A stretch of 64,000 nt of DNA from an uncultured delta proteobacterium (GCA_963754925.1 CAVWHX010000003.1:128001-192000); one strand, 5' to 3'; counted from the first letter of the stretch, positions 50,159 through 60,597 are shown. The notes: generated by a model not told the origin, from the sequence alone. Numbers and translations: made by a program.

Positions 50159-50914
50159 ATTAATAAAAACGAACGACATACTAACGCCGATAACACTATC
50201 ACCACCGAATGGTTTAAGGAATGGTCCAATGAGTATGATAACACGCTCGGAAAGGTGAAACGGCACCATGAATTGTTGGATCTGGTAGTGAAGTTATCCT
50301 GCGTCAAAGACAACGACATGGTGCTTGATATAGGCTGCGGGACCGGCTTGTTAAGTCTGAAATTTTTAGATAGAGCGCAGTGCAACGTCTTTGGCGTTGA
50401 CAACTCCGAAAATATGTTGTCCCTCTTCGAAAAAAAGATTGAGAAGTTATCATTAGAAAAAAGAATAACCACGCGACTTGAGGATGCATCGTCATTAACC
50501 TTTCGACGCAACACCTTTGATATTGTTGCCTCGACGGTCACCTTGCATCATCTCAAAAACAAATATCCGACCATTAAAAAGATTCATGACATAGTCAAAC
50601 CGGGCGGAAGGTTTGTTATCGGCGACATCAATGTCGACACCACCGGCAAGCTAACCGATGTGAGAAGACTCAAAAAACTACTGGCGTTTCTGAATGACGA
50701 ACTGGCATTTGCTCTGAAAGACGGCGGCGTGGAGGCGTTTAGAAGAATGTACGATAATGGTAAAAAGCACATTCTCAACGATGGCGAATACTGCATAAGC
50801 TTTTCTCAATGGGCGGCATTATGTAAGCGAGCTGGTTTTAAAAAGGTAACCGTGTATCCCTTGCCGAAATTTAAGCGGTTTAAGGTACTTGTCGCCGAAA
50901 AGGTTGCAATATAG
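50159..50914 (+). CDS. Class I SAM-dependent methyltransferase (probable ATT start at 50159; ORF-track GTG start at 50255)
   Basis: VLDIGCGTG, GVDNSENML, FDIVAS, LHH, KPGG. AGGAGG at 50145-50150. Confidence 0.85.
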   Translation: MNKNERHTNADNTITTEWFKEWSNEYDNTLGKVKRHHELLDLVVKLSCVKDNDMVLDIGCGTGLLSLKFLDRAQCNVFGVDNSENMLSLFEKKIEKLSLEKRITTRLEDASSLTFRRNTFDIVASTVTLHHLKNKYPTIKKIHDIVKPGGRFVIGDINVDTTGKLTDVRRLKKLLAFLNDELAFALKDGGVEAFRRMYDNGKKHILNDGEYCISFSQWAALCKRAGFKKVTVYPLPKFKRFKVLVAEKVAI

Positions 50915-50996
50915 TTTCTTAATACCCCTTTATCTTTATCCCCAGCTGTGCCATTCTGCGTCTGGGCTATTAACGAAAACGGGAGGAGTCTCATAC

Positions 50997-51791
50997 TTGG
51001 GCTTTGAAGTCTGCGCATTAGCAAGCGGCAGTTCGGGCAACTGCGTGTATGTAGCCTCATCCAAGGCCCGGCTATTGATCGACATCGGCCTCTCCTGCAA
51101 GATGATCACGGCACGGCTCGGCAATCTTGGCGTTCGGCCCGAGATGCTCGACGCAATACTCATCACCCATGAACACAGCGATCACTGCCAGGGCCTTTCC
51201 ACCATTTGCAAACGCTGGCACGCGCCGATCCTGGCATCCACCGGAACCTGGAAAAAGCTTGTTCCACCTCCGGGTCTTGCAACCAACCGACGGATCGATT
51301 TTATCCCCGGTCAACGCATAACCATCGGTGATTTGACGGTCATGCCGTTCGAGCTGCCGCATGACGCGAACATGCCCACCGGTTTTAGAATCGAAAGCTC
51401 GACAACCAGTTTTGCGTTGGCAACCGATCTGGGCTACCTCTCCGACGAAGTCCGTCGGCAGCTTGACGGCGCTGAGGTGCTTATTTTTGAATCCAACCAT
51501 GATACCGAGATGCTGCGCCGGGGACCCTATCCGGCCTATCTCAAGCGTCGCATTCTCAGCCAGCGCGGGCACCTCTCAAACGACCAATCTGGCGAATCGT
51601 TGCGCGAGCTGGTCGGCCCGCATACCAAAGCGGTCTTTTTGGCTCACCTGTCGAAGGAGAACAACCACCCCGACCTCGCCTGGCGGACCGCCCATGATTA
51701 TCTGCGCGCTGCCGGTCGCCGCCCCGGTCAAGACTTTGAACTGCTGCTGACCCACCGCGATCGGCCGACCGGGCTTTTTCAACTCCCTTAG
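50997..51791 (+). CDS. MBL-fold metallo-hydrolase (YycJ/WalJ/PhnP-like)
   Basis: LASGSSGN, THEHSDH, HDA, TDLG, ESNHD, GHLSN, HLS. TTG start follows GGAGG. Confidence 0.9.
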   Translation: MGFEVCALASGSSGNCVYVASSKARLLIDIGLSCKMITARLGNLGVRPEMLDAILITHEHSDHCQGLSTICKRWHAPILASTGTWKKLVPPPGLATNRRIDFIPGQRITIGDLTVMPFELPHDANMPTGFRIESSTTSFALATDLGYLSDEVRRQLDGAEVLIFESNHDTEMLRRGPYPAYLKRRILSQRGHLSNDQSGESLRELVGPHTKAVFLAHLSKENNHPDLAWRTAHDYLRAAGRRPGQDFELLLTHRDRPTGLFQLP

Positions 51792-51930
51792 GCCGGCGCC
51801 GGCGAACAGTACAATCTCAGCCCTCCCCCCGCCTACTCCCCAGAAAAGTTATTGAAATTCATGGACAGCAGCGCCATCATGGACGCAGATACTGGTGTCG
51901 TATAACCGTAGCCGGGGGAGCGGCTCTGAA

Positions 51931-53580
51931 ATGGACCAACACCTGTCGATTGCCGCACGCATTGATCAATTGCTGCACAGACATGGGTGCATGTTTTTTA
52001 ATTCGGCCCGCCGGCGGATTATCGAAGAGGTGGTGACTAACCGCGAGGCGCTGATTTCAACCTGCGGCGCACTCGCCACGTGGGGCACACCCGACTCAGT
52101 CGACTACGGCGCTGATGCCGCGGTCATCGTACGGCGCGCTGACAACGAAAGCCTCATCCATTGGGACTCGCCGAACAATCGTTCGATTACCGCCGAGACG
52201 TTCGACCTGTTGGTCGATGACGCGCTCGAAAACCTAACCCGCGGTGAAAAGCTGTTCGTTTTCGATCGCGTCGTGGGTGCAGACAGCAACTGGACGTTGC
52301 CGCTGCGGGTGATAACCGGTTCGGCGCTCACCGCGCTCGTGACCGACACCCTATACCGGCCGGCCCCTCCGGATTTGAAACGCAGCATTTTCTACCGTCA
52401 GACATTCACCATTCTCGCCCTACCGGGTTACCGGCTTGACCCCAACCGCTACCAAAACCGGTTGCCGACGGATCCGCGCACCGGAAAACCGAGCACCGTG
52501 GTAGTGGCCATAGACCTCGAGCGCCAGCTCGGTATTCTGTTCGGGTCAGCCTACAGCGGCAACCTCAAACACGTGGTCTTCTCGGTTATGAGTTATGTAC
52601 TACCGACGCACGGCATCCTGCCGCTCCATGCTGCCGCCAGCGAGGGACGAGCCAGTGACATCACTCTTTTGCTCGGACCGTCGAGTACGGGTAAAACCAT
52701 CCTTTCGATCAATGCCCAGCGGTCCCTCCTGGGCGACGATCAACAGGGTTGGAGCGGACAGGGAGTGGCCTGTTTCGAGGCGGGTTGCTATCCTTCGCTC
52801 GCCGATCTTGACTCACCGACGTCACCTGAAATCTTCCAGTCCCTCTTCCGTACGGAAGACTACCACGAGCACGGTGGCCTGATCGAAAACGCCCTCTTCT
52901 ATCCCAGCGGCACGTTCGACCTGCACGATCGGCGGCTTTCGGGCAATGCACGCGGCTTGTTTCCCGTACGGCTGTTGACTAACGTCAAGGAGCCGCCGCT
53001 CGGCGCCCACCCAAAAACAATATTCCTGTTGACCGCGGACGCCCAAGGAGTGTTGCCGCCGGTTGCATGCCTTACGCACGAGCAGGCGGTGCTGTGGTTC
53101 CTCATGGGATACACGAGCGTGATAACGCACAACGAGGGGAACGCGCTACCAACTCGGACCGTCTTCTCTGCGCCGCGTTTCATATGCCACCCCGCGCAAT
53201 ACGCCACGCTATTTGCCGATAGGCTCAAGCACGCCGAATCGGACGTATACCTCATAAACACCGGCTTCACCGGTGGTCCCTGTGGCGTCGGTAACCGTAT
53301 CACCGTACAGCTTACCCGGACGATCGTACAAGCCGCGCTCGACGGCGTCCTGAGAGATATACCCCGTGACTATGAACCCATTTTCCGGCTGAGCATTCCC
53401 CGGACCTGTCCGGGTGTCCCTGAACCGAGTCTCCTGGTGCCCAAGAACACGTGGTCCAACAAAGCCGCCTATGACACGTGCGCTCTGAAATTAGCCCGGG
53501 AGTTCTCAACGCATTTCGATCGCATGTATGAGCACAAAAACCTTTCCCCGGCCGTCCGCGGCCAATGTCCAGGATTGTAG
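51931..53580 (+). CDS. ATP-dependent PEP carboxykinase homolog with a degenerate active site
   Basis: Full-length PckA-like motif order (GPSSTGKT, GDD, GCY, LTADAQGVLPPV, YLINTG) with several catalytic substitutions. Confidence 0.8.
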   Translation: MDQHLSIAARIDQLLHRHGCMFFNSARRRIIEEVVTNREALISTCGALATWGTPDSVDYGADAAVIVRRADNESLIHWDSPNNRSITAETFDLLVDDALENLTRGEKLFVFDRVVGADSNWTLPLRVITGSALTALVTDTLYRPAPPDLKRSIFYRQTFTILALPGYRLDPNRYQNRLPTDPRTGKPSTVVVAIDLERQLGILFGSAYSGNLKHVVFSVMSYVLPTHGILPLHAAASEGRASDITLLLGPSSTGKTILSINAQRSLLGDDQQGWSGQGVACFEAGCYPSLADLDSPTSPEIFQSLFRTEDYHEHGGLIENALFYPSGTFDLHDRRLSGNARGLFPVRLLTNVKEPPLGAHPKTIFLLTADAQGVLPPVACLTHEQAVLWFLMGYTSVITHNEGNALPTRTVFSAPRFICHPAQYATLFADRLKHAESDVYLINTGFTGGPCGVGNRITVQLTRTIVQAALDGVLRDIPRDYEPIFRLSIPRTCPGVPEPSLLVPKNTWSNKAAYDTCALKLAREFSTHFDRMYEHKNLSPAVRGQCPGL

Positions 53581-53755
53581 CTACGCCATGGTTAATACGT
53601 TATTAATCGTTGTGGCATTCTTCACCTCGCAACCATACGGAGCTCTTGCAGCTCCAAAATGATAGGTCGAAAAAACAATTTTACTTGACCCGTTCGCCAT
53701 ACTGCTCGACGATGAGTGGTTGGCGGTCCAATGATGGACCGAGGGAGGAATCACC

Positions 53756-54424
53756 TTGGAAGATCTCGCGTCGTTTGTCACCGCTGTCCTCAAGCCCCTC
53801 TTCGGCGAACCTCACTTTGGATTATTCTTATTTGTTTGGTTTTCGGCCATTTTCCCACTGGCACTTCCTGAGGAGGCGTTTACCCTCCTGGGCGGCGCCT
53901 GTATGGCCCAAGGAATCTTGTCGCTCTACTGGGGTCCCCTGGCAATCGTCGGCGGCATTATCATCACCAATGTAACACAGTATTGGATGGGCCGTGGGGT
54001 GCTCAAACTGTTTTCGGGCACGCGCGTCGGCAAACACATCATCCGTTCACGCAGTTTTAGGCGCGCCAAGGACAGTTTTCACCGGAAAGGAATCTGGGCT
54101 ATCGTCGGGTGTCGGTTCTTTTTCGGCACCCGCGCCCCGACGTACGTTGTCACCGGTTTTTTGCGCTACCACTTCTGGAAATTCTTCGCCATTGATTCAT
54201 CGGCCTCCGTCGTACACGGCATGTCCTTCCTGGTCATCGGCTATTTGTTTCAGCAGCAAATTCAGTCGCTTCTCGTTGTTATCAAGCAACTAGGCATCTG
54301 GAGCCTAGTGATATTAGTCGCCGTGCTCGTCTTGTTCTTTTTCCTGAGGCGGTTTCTCGATCAAAAGCGCGAGGATCGCGAACTGTCCTATCGGGAAGGA
54401 AACACCCCGCCCAGCTCTCCGTGA
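53756..54424 (+). CDS. DedA family membrane protein
   Basis: LPEE, YWMGR, RFFFGTR, G...FWKF. Confidence 0.88.
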   Translation: MEDLASFVTAVLKPLFGEPHFGLFLFVWFSAIFPLALPEEAFTLLGGACMAQGILSLYWGPLAIVGGIIITNVTQYWMGRGVLKLFSGTRVGKHIIRSRSFRRAKDSFHRKGIWAIVGCRFFFGTRAPTYVVTGFLRYHFWKFFAIDSSASVVHGMSFLVIGYLFQQQIQSLLVVIKQLGIWSLVILVAVLVLFFFLRRFLDQKREDRELSYREGNTPPSSP

Positions 54425-54477
54425 TGGCGAAACCCGCAGGGCCCGGCGGGAACTCTCCACGACACACGATAGCGCGC

Positions 54478-55365
54478 CTAGGCGCGCCCTTTTTTCATTC
54501 GTGCAAGGTACGACGGTACAACCTTTTGCGAATCGAGACCAAGTAAGTTTGTTACCTGGCGCAAATAGCCACGAACATAGACGTCGGCAGGAAGATCGGC
54601 GTACTTTTCGTTTTCAAAGGCCCTGAGATAAAAGATGTTGATCTTAGTGATGTCGCTGATGCGCTCAAGGGTGAGCCCCCGCGCCTGGCGCACCTGGGCG
54701 AGCAACGAACCCGTGAACTCGGTTTGTTCATTAATCTCGGGCATCGGCGGGTGCGAAGCTGCAGCCGGAGCGCACGCCGGGGGTGTTGACGACGCGGGTG
54801 GCGCGGAGGGCGGCCGAGCCGATGAGGACGGCGAGGATGACGCCGGGAACGCCATCGTGGTCGAAATGGTCTCAACGGTTGGACTCGGCGACCCTTGAGC
54901 AGACATGCTTGGGTCAGCGCTCGGCTGGTGCACAATGCTTGCCTCGGGCGCGAGTTCAATCGGTTGGGTATTGACGAAGGGCGCATCGAAACTTTGGACC
55001 TCAGGCAGGAGCGTCTCGCTCGCGGCCTCCCCTGACGCTTCTGCGAGCACCACCGGCGCCGGGGATACCGCGGCGATGGCGTCACCGCTTTCGGCGTCCT
55101 GCGTTTTGACCCAACCCGGTTCATGCTGAAGAATTTCACGATCGTAGAGAGCGCGGCGCTCAGGGTTGTTCAGCACCCGGAAGGCTTCTTCGATCCGCCG
55201 ACGGATGAGATTAAGCTCTTCGGGTTGGAACAGGGCGTAGGTGGCCACCGAGTCAGAGCTATAGACCCGGCGCGCTTGCTGATAGGAGACCTCGATCTCC
55301 TGCTGGCTTGCATGAGGCGTTATGTCCAATAACTCATAAAAATTTTGCTCACGGAAGTCCTTCAT
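54478..55365 (-). CDS. J-domain-like protein with Pro/Ser linker and RodZ-type (HTH_25) DNA-binding domain
   Basis: NFYELLDI...AFRVLNNPERRALYD (J-like) and GSLLAQVRQARGLTL...TKI...VYVRGYL (RodZ-type HTH). Confidence 0.8.
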   Translation of the reverse strand: MKDFREQNFYELLDITPHASQQEIEVSYQQARRVYSSDSVATYALFQPEELNLIRRRIEEAFRVLNNPERRALYDREILQHEPGWVKTQDAESGDAIAAVSPAPVVLAEASGEAASETLLPEVQSFDAPFVNTQPIELAPEASIVHQPSADPSMSAQGSPSPTVETISTTMAFPASSSPSSSARPPSAPPASSTPPACAPAAASHPPMPEINEQTEFTGSLLAQVRQARGLTLERISDITKINIFYLRAFENEKYADLPADVYVRGYLRQVTNLLGLDSQKVVPSYLARMKKGRA

Positions 55366-56347
55366 GTTCCGACCACCGATCGAATCCTTTGATTTCGTTC
55401 AGCCGCGCCATCACCGCCCGGGCAATCGCCCAAAAGCTCCTGGCGATGCTCGTATCGGGGTTGTCCTGTATGAACGCCGAGCGGCTTCGCACCGCCCGCC
55501 AAACCGAATCTTCATAATCGATGTGCCCGAGATAGTCCAGGTCTATCCCGAAATACTTCTGACAAGCGGCTCGGATCGCGATGCCCAGTTCCTCGTCCTC
55601 GCGCGAACGTACCTGGTTAATGACGAGCAGCGGCCGAAAGCTCAACATCCAAGCCTGATAGGTTTCTCCGCGTTCGGGGTCCATCTTCGAGACCGCTCGA
55701 ATCAGGTCGTACGGCGTCCGAATGCCTAACTCGTTGCGATTCTCCATGGCATCGTCGATTACTCGCCGAAACGGCAGGCTCTTCTCCCGCTGGCGCAACA
55801 AACGGTAGAAAGCGCTTTTGATGAAACGATAGCTATTCTCCAGCGAGGTGGGCTCCGGTACCATCATGACTATTCCCAGATCCGAGACGAGAAAGAAATC
55901 CAGCACATTGAACGACGTTCCGCCGCCGAGGTCCATGAGGACCACATCGGTGTTGATGCGGCACACCTGCCGTAGCATGCGCATCTTCTGCGTGTACTTA
56001 ATGTTAGCCGATCCCAGAAAATCCTGGGCCCCGCTGATCAGGCCCAGCCCCTCGACGCCGGTCTCGACGATCACCTCTTCTATTTTTTGAACTCGACGCT
56101 GAACAAAGTCACTGAGCGAAACATCCGGGAAGTCAATTCCCAGACAGGTATGCAGATTGCTACCCCCGAGGTCCGCATCAACCAACACAACTTTCAAACC
56201 GGCCTTGGCGAGGCAGATCCCCAAATTAGCGGTAAGGAGGGTCTTGCCGATGCCGCCCTTACCGCCGCCAATAGAGATCACCGCAGCGTCTTTGCCCTGC
56301 ACGCTTCGGCGTGGAACATCAATATCGGTCTGCGTTTCACTATTCAT
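55349..56347 (-). CDS. MinD/FlhG-family P-loop ATPase
   Basis: Deviant Walker A GGKGGIGKT, DADLGGSNLH, DLGGG, PEPTS, NQV. Confidence 0.88.
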   Translation of the reverse strand: MNSETQTDIDVPRRSVQGKDAAVISIGGGKGGIGKTLLTANLGICLAKAGLKVVLVDADLGGSNLHTCLGIDFPDVSLSDFVQRRVQKIEEVIVETGVEGLGLISGAQDFLGSANIKYTQKMRMLRQVCRINTDVVLMDLGGGTSFNVLDFFLVSDLGIVMMVPEPTSLENSYRFIKSAFYRLLRQREKSLPFRRVIDDAMENRNELGIRTPYDLIRAVSKMDPERGETYQAWMLSFRPLLVINQVRSREDEELGIAIRAACQKYFGIDLDYLGHIDYEDSVWRAVRSRSAFIQDNPDTSIARSFWAIARAVMARLNEIKGFDRWSEHEGLP

Positions 56348-56489
56348 CTCAGAAATCTTTCGGTTTTTCTGCTTGCCGAGCCTTTTCCAGCCAAGCTGGA
56401 ATGGGTTGACAGTATTAATCTTTCCAAGAGAGGTCAAGGGGAAAGGTAGGAGGCTTCTCGGTTATCGGCATGGTGAGAATGCCGCGCCG

Positions 56490-58176
56490 TCATTTCTTCT
56501 CTTTAAAGAGATCCTCCTCGCGCAGGATCCGGCGCAGAGCCTTACCCACCGCCGAGCGCGGCAACGCGTTGCGGAATTCAAAGAGCTTGGGAACCTTGTA
56601 CGCCGCGAGCTTTTCCTTGCAGTGCGCAATGAGTTCTTCTTCCGTCACCGTCGCGCCGGTTTTGAGGACAATGAACGCTTTCAACGTTTCACCACGGTAT
56701 TCGTGCGGGATACCCACACATATCGCGTCCGCCACCTTCGGATGGTCCAGGAGAACCCGGTCGACCTCCTGCGGATAAACGTTGTATCCTCCCGCTATAA
56801 TCAAATCCTTGGTGCGGTCAACGATAAAAATATATCCGTCCTGATCCATGTAAGCCACATCGCCGGTACGGAGCCATCCGTCAACCATTTGTTTCGCGGT
56901 TTCCTCCGGATTGTTCCAATACCCCTTCATGACATACGGTCCCTTGATAAGGATTTCTCCCGGTGTGCCCCGCGGCACGTCCTTGCCGGTCACGGTGTCC
57001 ACGATGCGTATATCGACGTTGCAGAGCGGTATGCCAATGCTGAGCGGTTTCACGATGCCGTTTACCGGAGTGGATATGCCGACCGAGGTGGTTTCGCTCA
57101 TGCCCCATCCTTCGCCAAACCACACCTGCAGGTCCTGGAGCTTCTCGATAAGCGCCAGCGGACAAGGGGCGCCGCCGCTGGTGACCAGCCTAATCTTTTT
57201 TGAAAGGTTTAATTCTTTGGCTCTTGGATGCCTGAAAATGGCCGCCAGCATCGTGGGAACGGCAGCGAAATACGTGATTTCATCAAACTTGGACAAGGTA
57301 TCAAGCACCTCCTCGATCTCAAAACGCGGCAGGATAATCTGCGTCGCCCCGCAGAAGATGCTCCAGCCCATCTGGCAGACTTCGCCGAAAACGTGAAAAT
57401 ACGGCAGCACGCAGAAGCTCGTCCGTTTGAGCGCGGGGTATTCAGCGTTAAAATTGTTGCCCCAAATAAAGACCTGATGAATGGCGGCCACGATATTGGC
57501 GTGCGTGAGGACCGCGCCCTTGGGAATGCCGGTCGTGCCACCGGTGAACTGAATCACGGCCGTATCGTCCGCACGTACCTCCACACGCGGCCTGACGCCA
57601 TTGACGCAGCCGTCAAGGAGATCCGAGTAATGATGCCAGCCCTGCTCGAGTCCCAGCGACGCGGCCGTGCTGCGCGGCGCACCCTTGACGAAATCGGTAA
57701 TGGAGGTCATGATCACCCGTGGGATTTCGACCTGCGTCGTCAGCTTCTTTATCGCGGGCGTCAGCCGATCGAACGTGATCAGGCACGAAAGACCGGTATT
57801 TTCGGCTATGAACTTTAAGCTCATCCACCGTGCACATCGGGTTCATGTTGGTGACGACGGCGCCAATGCTCAGCACGGCCCAGAACGAGATGACGAATTG
57901 GGGCGAGTTCGGCAGAAGCAGGCCCACCCGATCCCCTTTTTTCACCCCTATCTGGATCAGGGCGTTGGCGAACCGATTCACCGTGAGGTACAGGTCCCAG
58001 AAGCTGGTTTCGGTACCGTAAAACCAAAGAGCGCTTTTGTCGGGAAAGCGGCTGGCGCTATGAAAGAGAATTTGCGGCGCTTCAAATTTTGGGAAATTGA
58101 TTTCCGGCGGCACCAAATAATCATAATTTACTATCCATGGTCTTTTCTCAAGCAGATCTATTTGTGTATCTTTCAT
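56490..58176 (-). CDS. Long-chain fatty acid--CoA ligase, frameshifted at 57814-57816
   Basis: FTGGTTGIPKG AMP-binding motif, GWGMSET, RTGD, GGYNVYP. N-terminal part is in ORF 57613-58176. Confidence 0.92.
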
Positions 58177-58381
58177 GTCCCAACCCTCCCGTTATGAAGC
58201 AGATGACCCCGAAAGGAACTCGATAATATTTTCCCTTCCTCTCTTTTTCGATTCTTTGATACAACTGACCCATACCCGATTCGAGACTGCGCTCGAATCG
58301 AGTACGTGATTTAGTTCGCAGTCCTTGGTGCCATAACAACTATTGACTACCATATGGTGGTACTTAAGGCATAAAGAAACT

Positions 58382-60550
58382 ATGGATCTGGGTGTACAAA
58401 GTGGATTGTTAGGCGCCATTGTTTCGGTAGCTGTCGCCGTCTCGGTCATTTTGCGGGGACGAAAGGCTCTGGTCAACACCTTATTTGTGGTGTTTTGCGC
58501 CAACCTCTTTGTGCATTTCTTTGCAACCTTTTTCCATCATTACTCCGGCCGCTCGTTTTCGGTCGAAGTTAATCTAATCGGATCGGCCTTTTTGCCGGTA
58601 ACCACCCAGCTCTTTTTCGCCTACTTTCTGTGGCTGGAGCCGATCTTTCCCCGTCCCTTTTTGCGGACTTCGTATGTGCTTACGGTGGCAACGGTGGCGT
58701 TTCTGATCACACCCTGGAGCCACTACACCGTTTCCTATGTTCTGGTGACTGCCTACGTGTTTGTTTCGCTCTATCTGTGCGCTTTTTTTGTCATCGCCCG
58801 TTACCGTGAGATCTCCTCAAAACGGGACCGCATTCGCCTGCGGTACTTGCTGGTGGCATTGCTGTGCGCCGCGACCTTTTCGCTGCTCGGAATTCTCCCG
58901 ATAGCTTTTGACTTCTTGGAGACCTGGGGCAACGTGGTCTCAATCCTGTTTCTGTACTTTGTCTCCGAAAGCTTGCTGAGCTACCGCCTACTGGACCTGC
59001 AAGAACTTCTGGGCCGCGGTTTGGTGCTGACGGCGGTCGCCATAGTCCTGGCGGCGGTGTTTGGGGTATTGGTGCTGGTGGCCGGCGGCTTTCCCGAGGT
59101 ATCTCTGTTTCAGACGTTTGTAGCTTCGTTCATAATTCTCATTCTATTCGAACCGTTGCGCGATAAGCTCGTCGGCAGCACGAGCCGGTTGTTTTTCCGA
59201 GAACGCCTCGAACTGCGGCGGGTGCTGGAAAAACTGCGCCGGGAAATTGCCAATATCCTTGATGTCGATCTTATGGCTACGGTCATTCTTGACACCCTCT
59301 ATGAAAACCCGCCGACCGCCAACACCAGTATCTACCTCCTCGAAGAAGGCGGCGCGAGCTACCGGTTGATCGGCCACCGGGGGGTCCCGCCCCCCGACCG
59401 CATGGACGTGGCGGCGCATCGGTCGTTTTTTGATCAGATTAAAAAGACCCCGACGGTCTTGCTGCGTGAGACCTTTGAGCGCCATTTGATTGATCATGAC
59501 GTCATCTCAGAACCCACCGGAGACACCAAGCACGCGCGAGCGGTGCTGGAAACCATGTCCGTACTCCATACCGGCATCTGCATCCCGTTCATCGGAAAAA
59601 ACGAGGTCTTGGGACTGCTCAATCTGCTCGACGAATCGAGTGCCGAAAGCTTTTCAACCGAAGAAATCGCCCGCATGATGGCCATTGGCGAGCAAGCGGC
59701 TATCAACATCGAAAACTCCAAAAACTTTGAGAAGATGCGCGAGCGCGATCGCCTCGCGGTGCTCGGCGAAATGTCCGCTGGGTTAGCACACGAGATCCGC
59801 AATCCTCTCGGCGCCATCAAAGGCGCGGCCCAGTATCTGGATCCAACGTCGGTCGGCGAGGATGCGGCCGAGTTTTTGAAGATCATTATTGAGGAGACCG
59901 ATCGACTCAACCAAGTCGTCAACCAGTTTTTAGATTACGCCCGGCCGTATCAAATCCATCGCCTGCCAACCGACGTCAACGAGGTCATCACCCACTGCCT
60001 GCGGGTGGTACAGGCCGGTCTAGAAGGTAAGCGGATTCAGTGCGCCAGCGAGTTGCAGGCGGATCTGCCACAGGTGGAATCCAACAGCCAGCTACTGACC
60101 CAGGTGTTCCTCAACTTAATGACGAACGCCGTCGATGCGATGCCCGATGGCGGAACGTTGACCGTGCAGACGAGATATCGACTGTTGAGCCCGGCCCTCC
60201 GGCTGCGCGGCACCGCCGAGCGGACCGGCCGTATCGAGATCGACATCCAAGACACCGGCCGCGGTATCCCGCCCGAGTCGCTACAGCACATTTTCGTCCC
60301 CTTTTTCACCACCAAGGAGCGGGGTACGGGATTAGGCCTGGCAATCTCCCAACGGATTGTCGAGCAACATGGAGGCGAGATTCAGGTCAGGTCCCAGTTT
60401 GGCAAGGGTTCAACCTTTACCATAGTTCTCCCCTGCCCGGCTGAGTCCGCCAAATCGCCGAGCGCTTCGGTGCAGAACGCCCGTCCACCTGCCGAGCAAC
60501 TCAGTGAACCTCCCGACTTGCTGTTTCCCGGCCAGCGTGTTAGGGAGTAG
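58382..60550 (+). CDS. Multi-TM, GAF-containing sensor histidine kinase
   Basis: Hydrophobic N-terminus, GAF-like region, AHEIRNPL H-box, N-box, DTGRG, FFTTK, GTGLGL. Confidence 0.93.
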   Translation: MDLGVQSGLLGAIVSVAVAVSVILRGRKALVNTLFVVFCANLFVHFFATFFHHYSGRSFSVEVNLIGSAFLPVTTQLFFAYFLWLEPIFPRPFLRTSYVLTVATVAFLITPWSHYTVSYVLVTAYVFVSLYLCAFFVIARYREISSKRDRIRLRYLLVALLCAATFSLLGILPIAFDFLETWGNVVSILFLYFVSESLLSYRLLDLQELLGRGLVLTAVAIVLAAVFGVLVLVAGGFPEVSLFQTFVASFIILILFEPLRDKLVGSTSRLFFRERLELRRVLEKLRREIANILDVDLMATVILDTLYENPPTANTSIYLLEEGGASYRLIGHRGVPPPDRMDVAAHRSFFDQIKKTPTVLLRETFERHLIDHDVISEPTGDTKHARAVLETMSVLHTGICIPFIGKNEVLGLLNLLDESSAESFSTEEIARMMAIGEQAAINIENSKNFEKMRERDRLAVLGEMSAGLAHEIRNPLGAIKGAAQYLDPTSVGEDAAEFLKIIIEETDRLNQVVNQFLDYARPYQIHRLPTDVNEVITHCLRVVQAGLEGKRIQCASELQADLPQVESNSQLLTQVFLNLMTNAVDAMPDGGTLTVQTRYRLLSPALRLRGTAERTGRIEIDIQDTGRGIPPESLQHIFVPFFTTKERGTGLGLAISQRIVEQHGGEIQVRSQFGKGSTFTIVLPCPAESAKSPSASVQNARPPAEQLSEPPDLLFPGQRVRE

Positions 60551-60597
60551 TACGATGCGTCCCCGTAAAAACGCTTTGATGGTGCAGGGAGCAGGTT

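Noticed and set aside
56157..57203. 348-aa antisense ORF
   Set aside because: Shadow of the acyl-CoA ligase and MinD-like genes.
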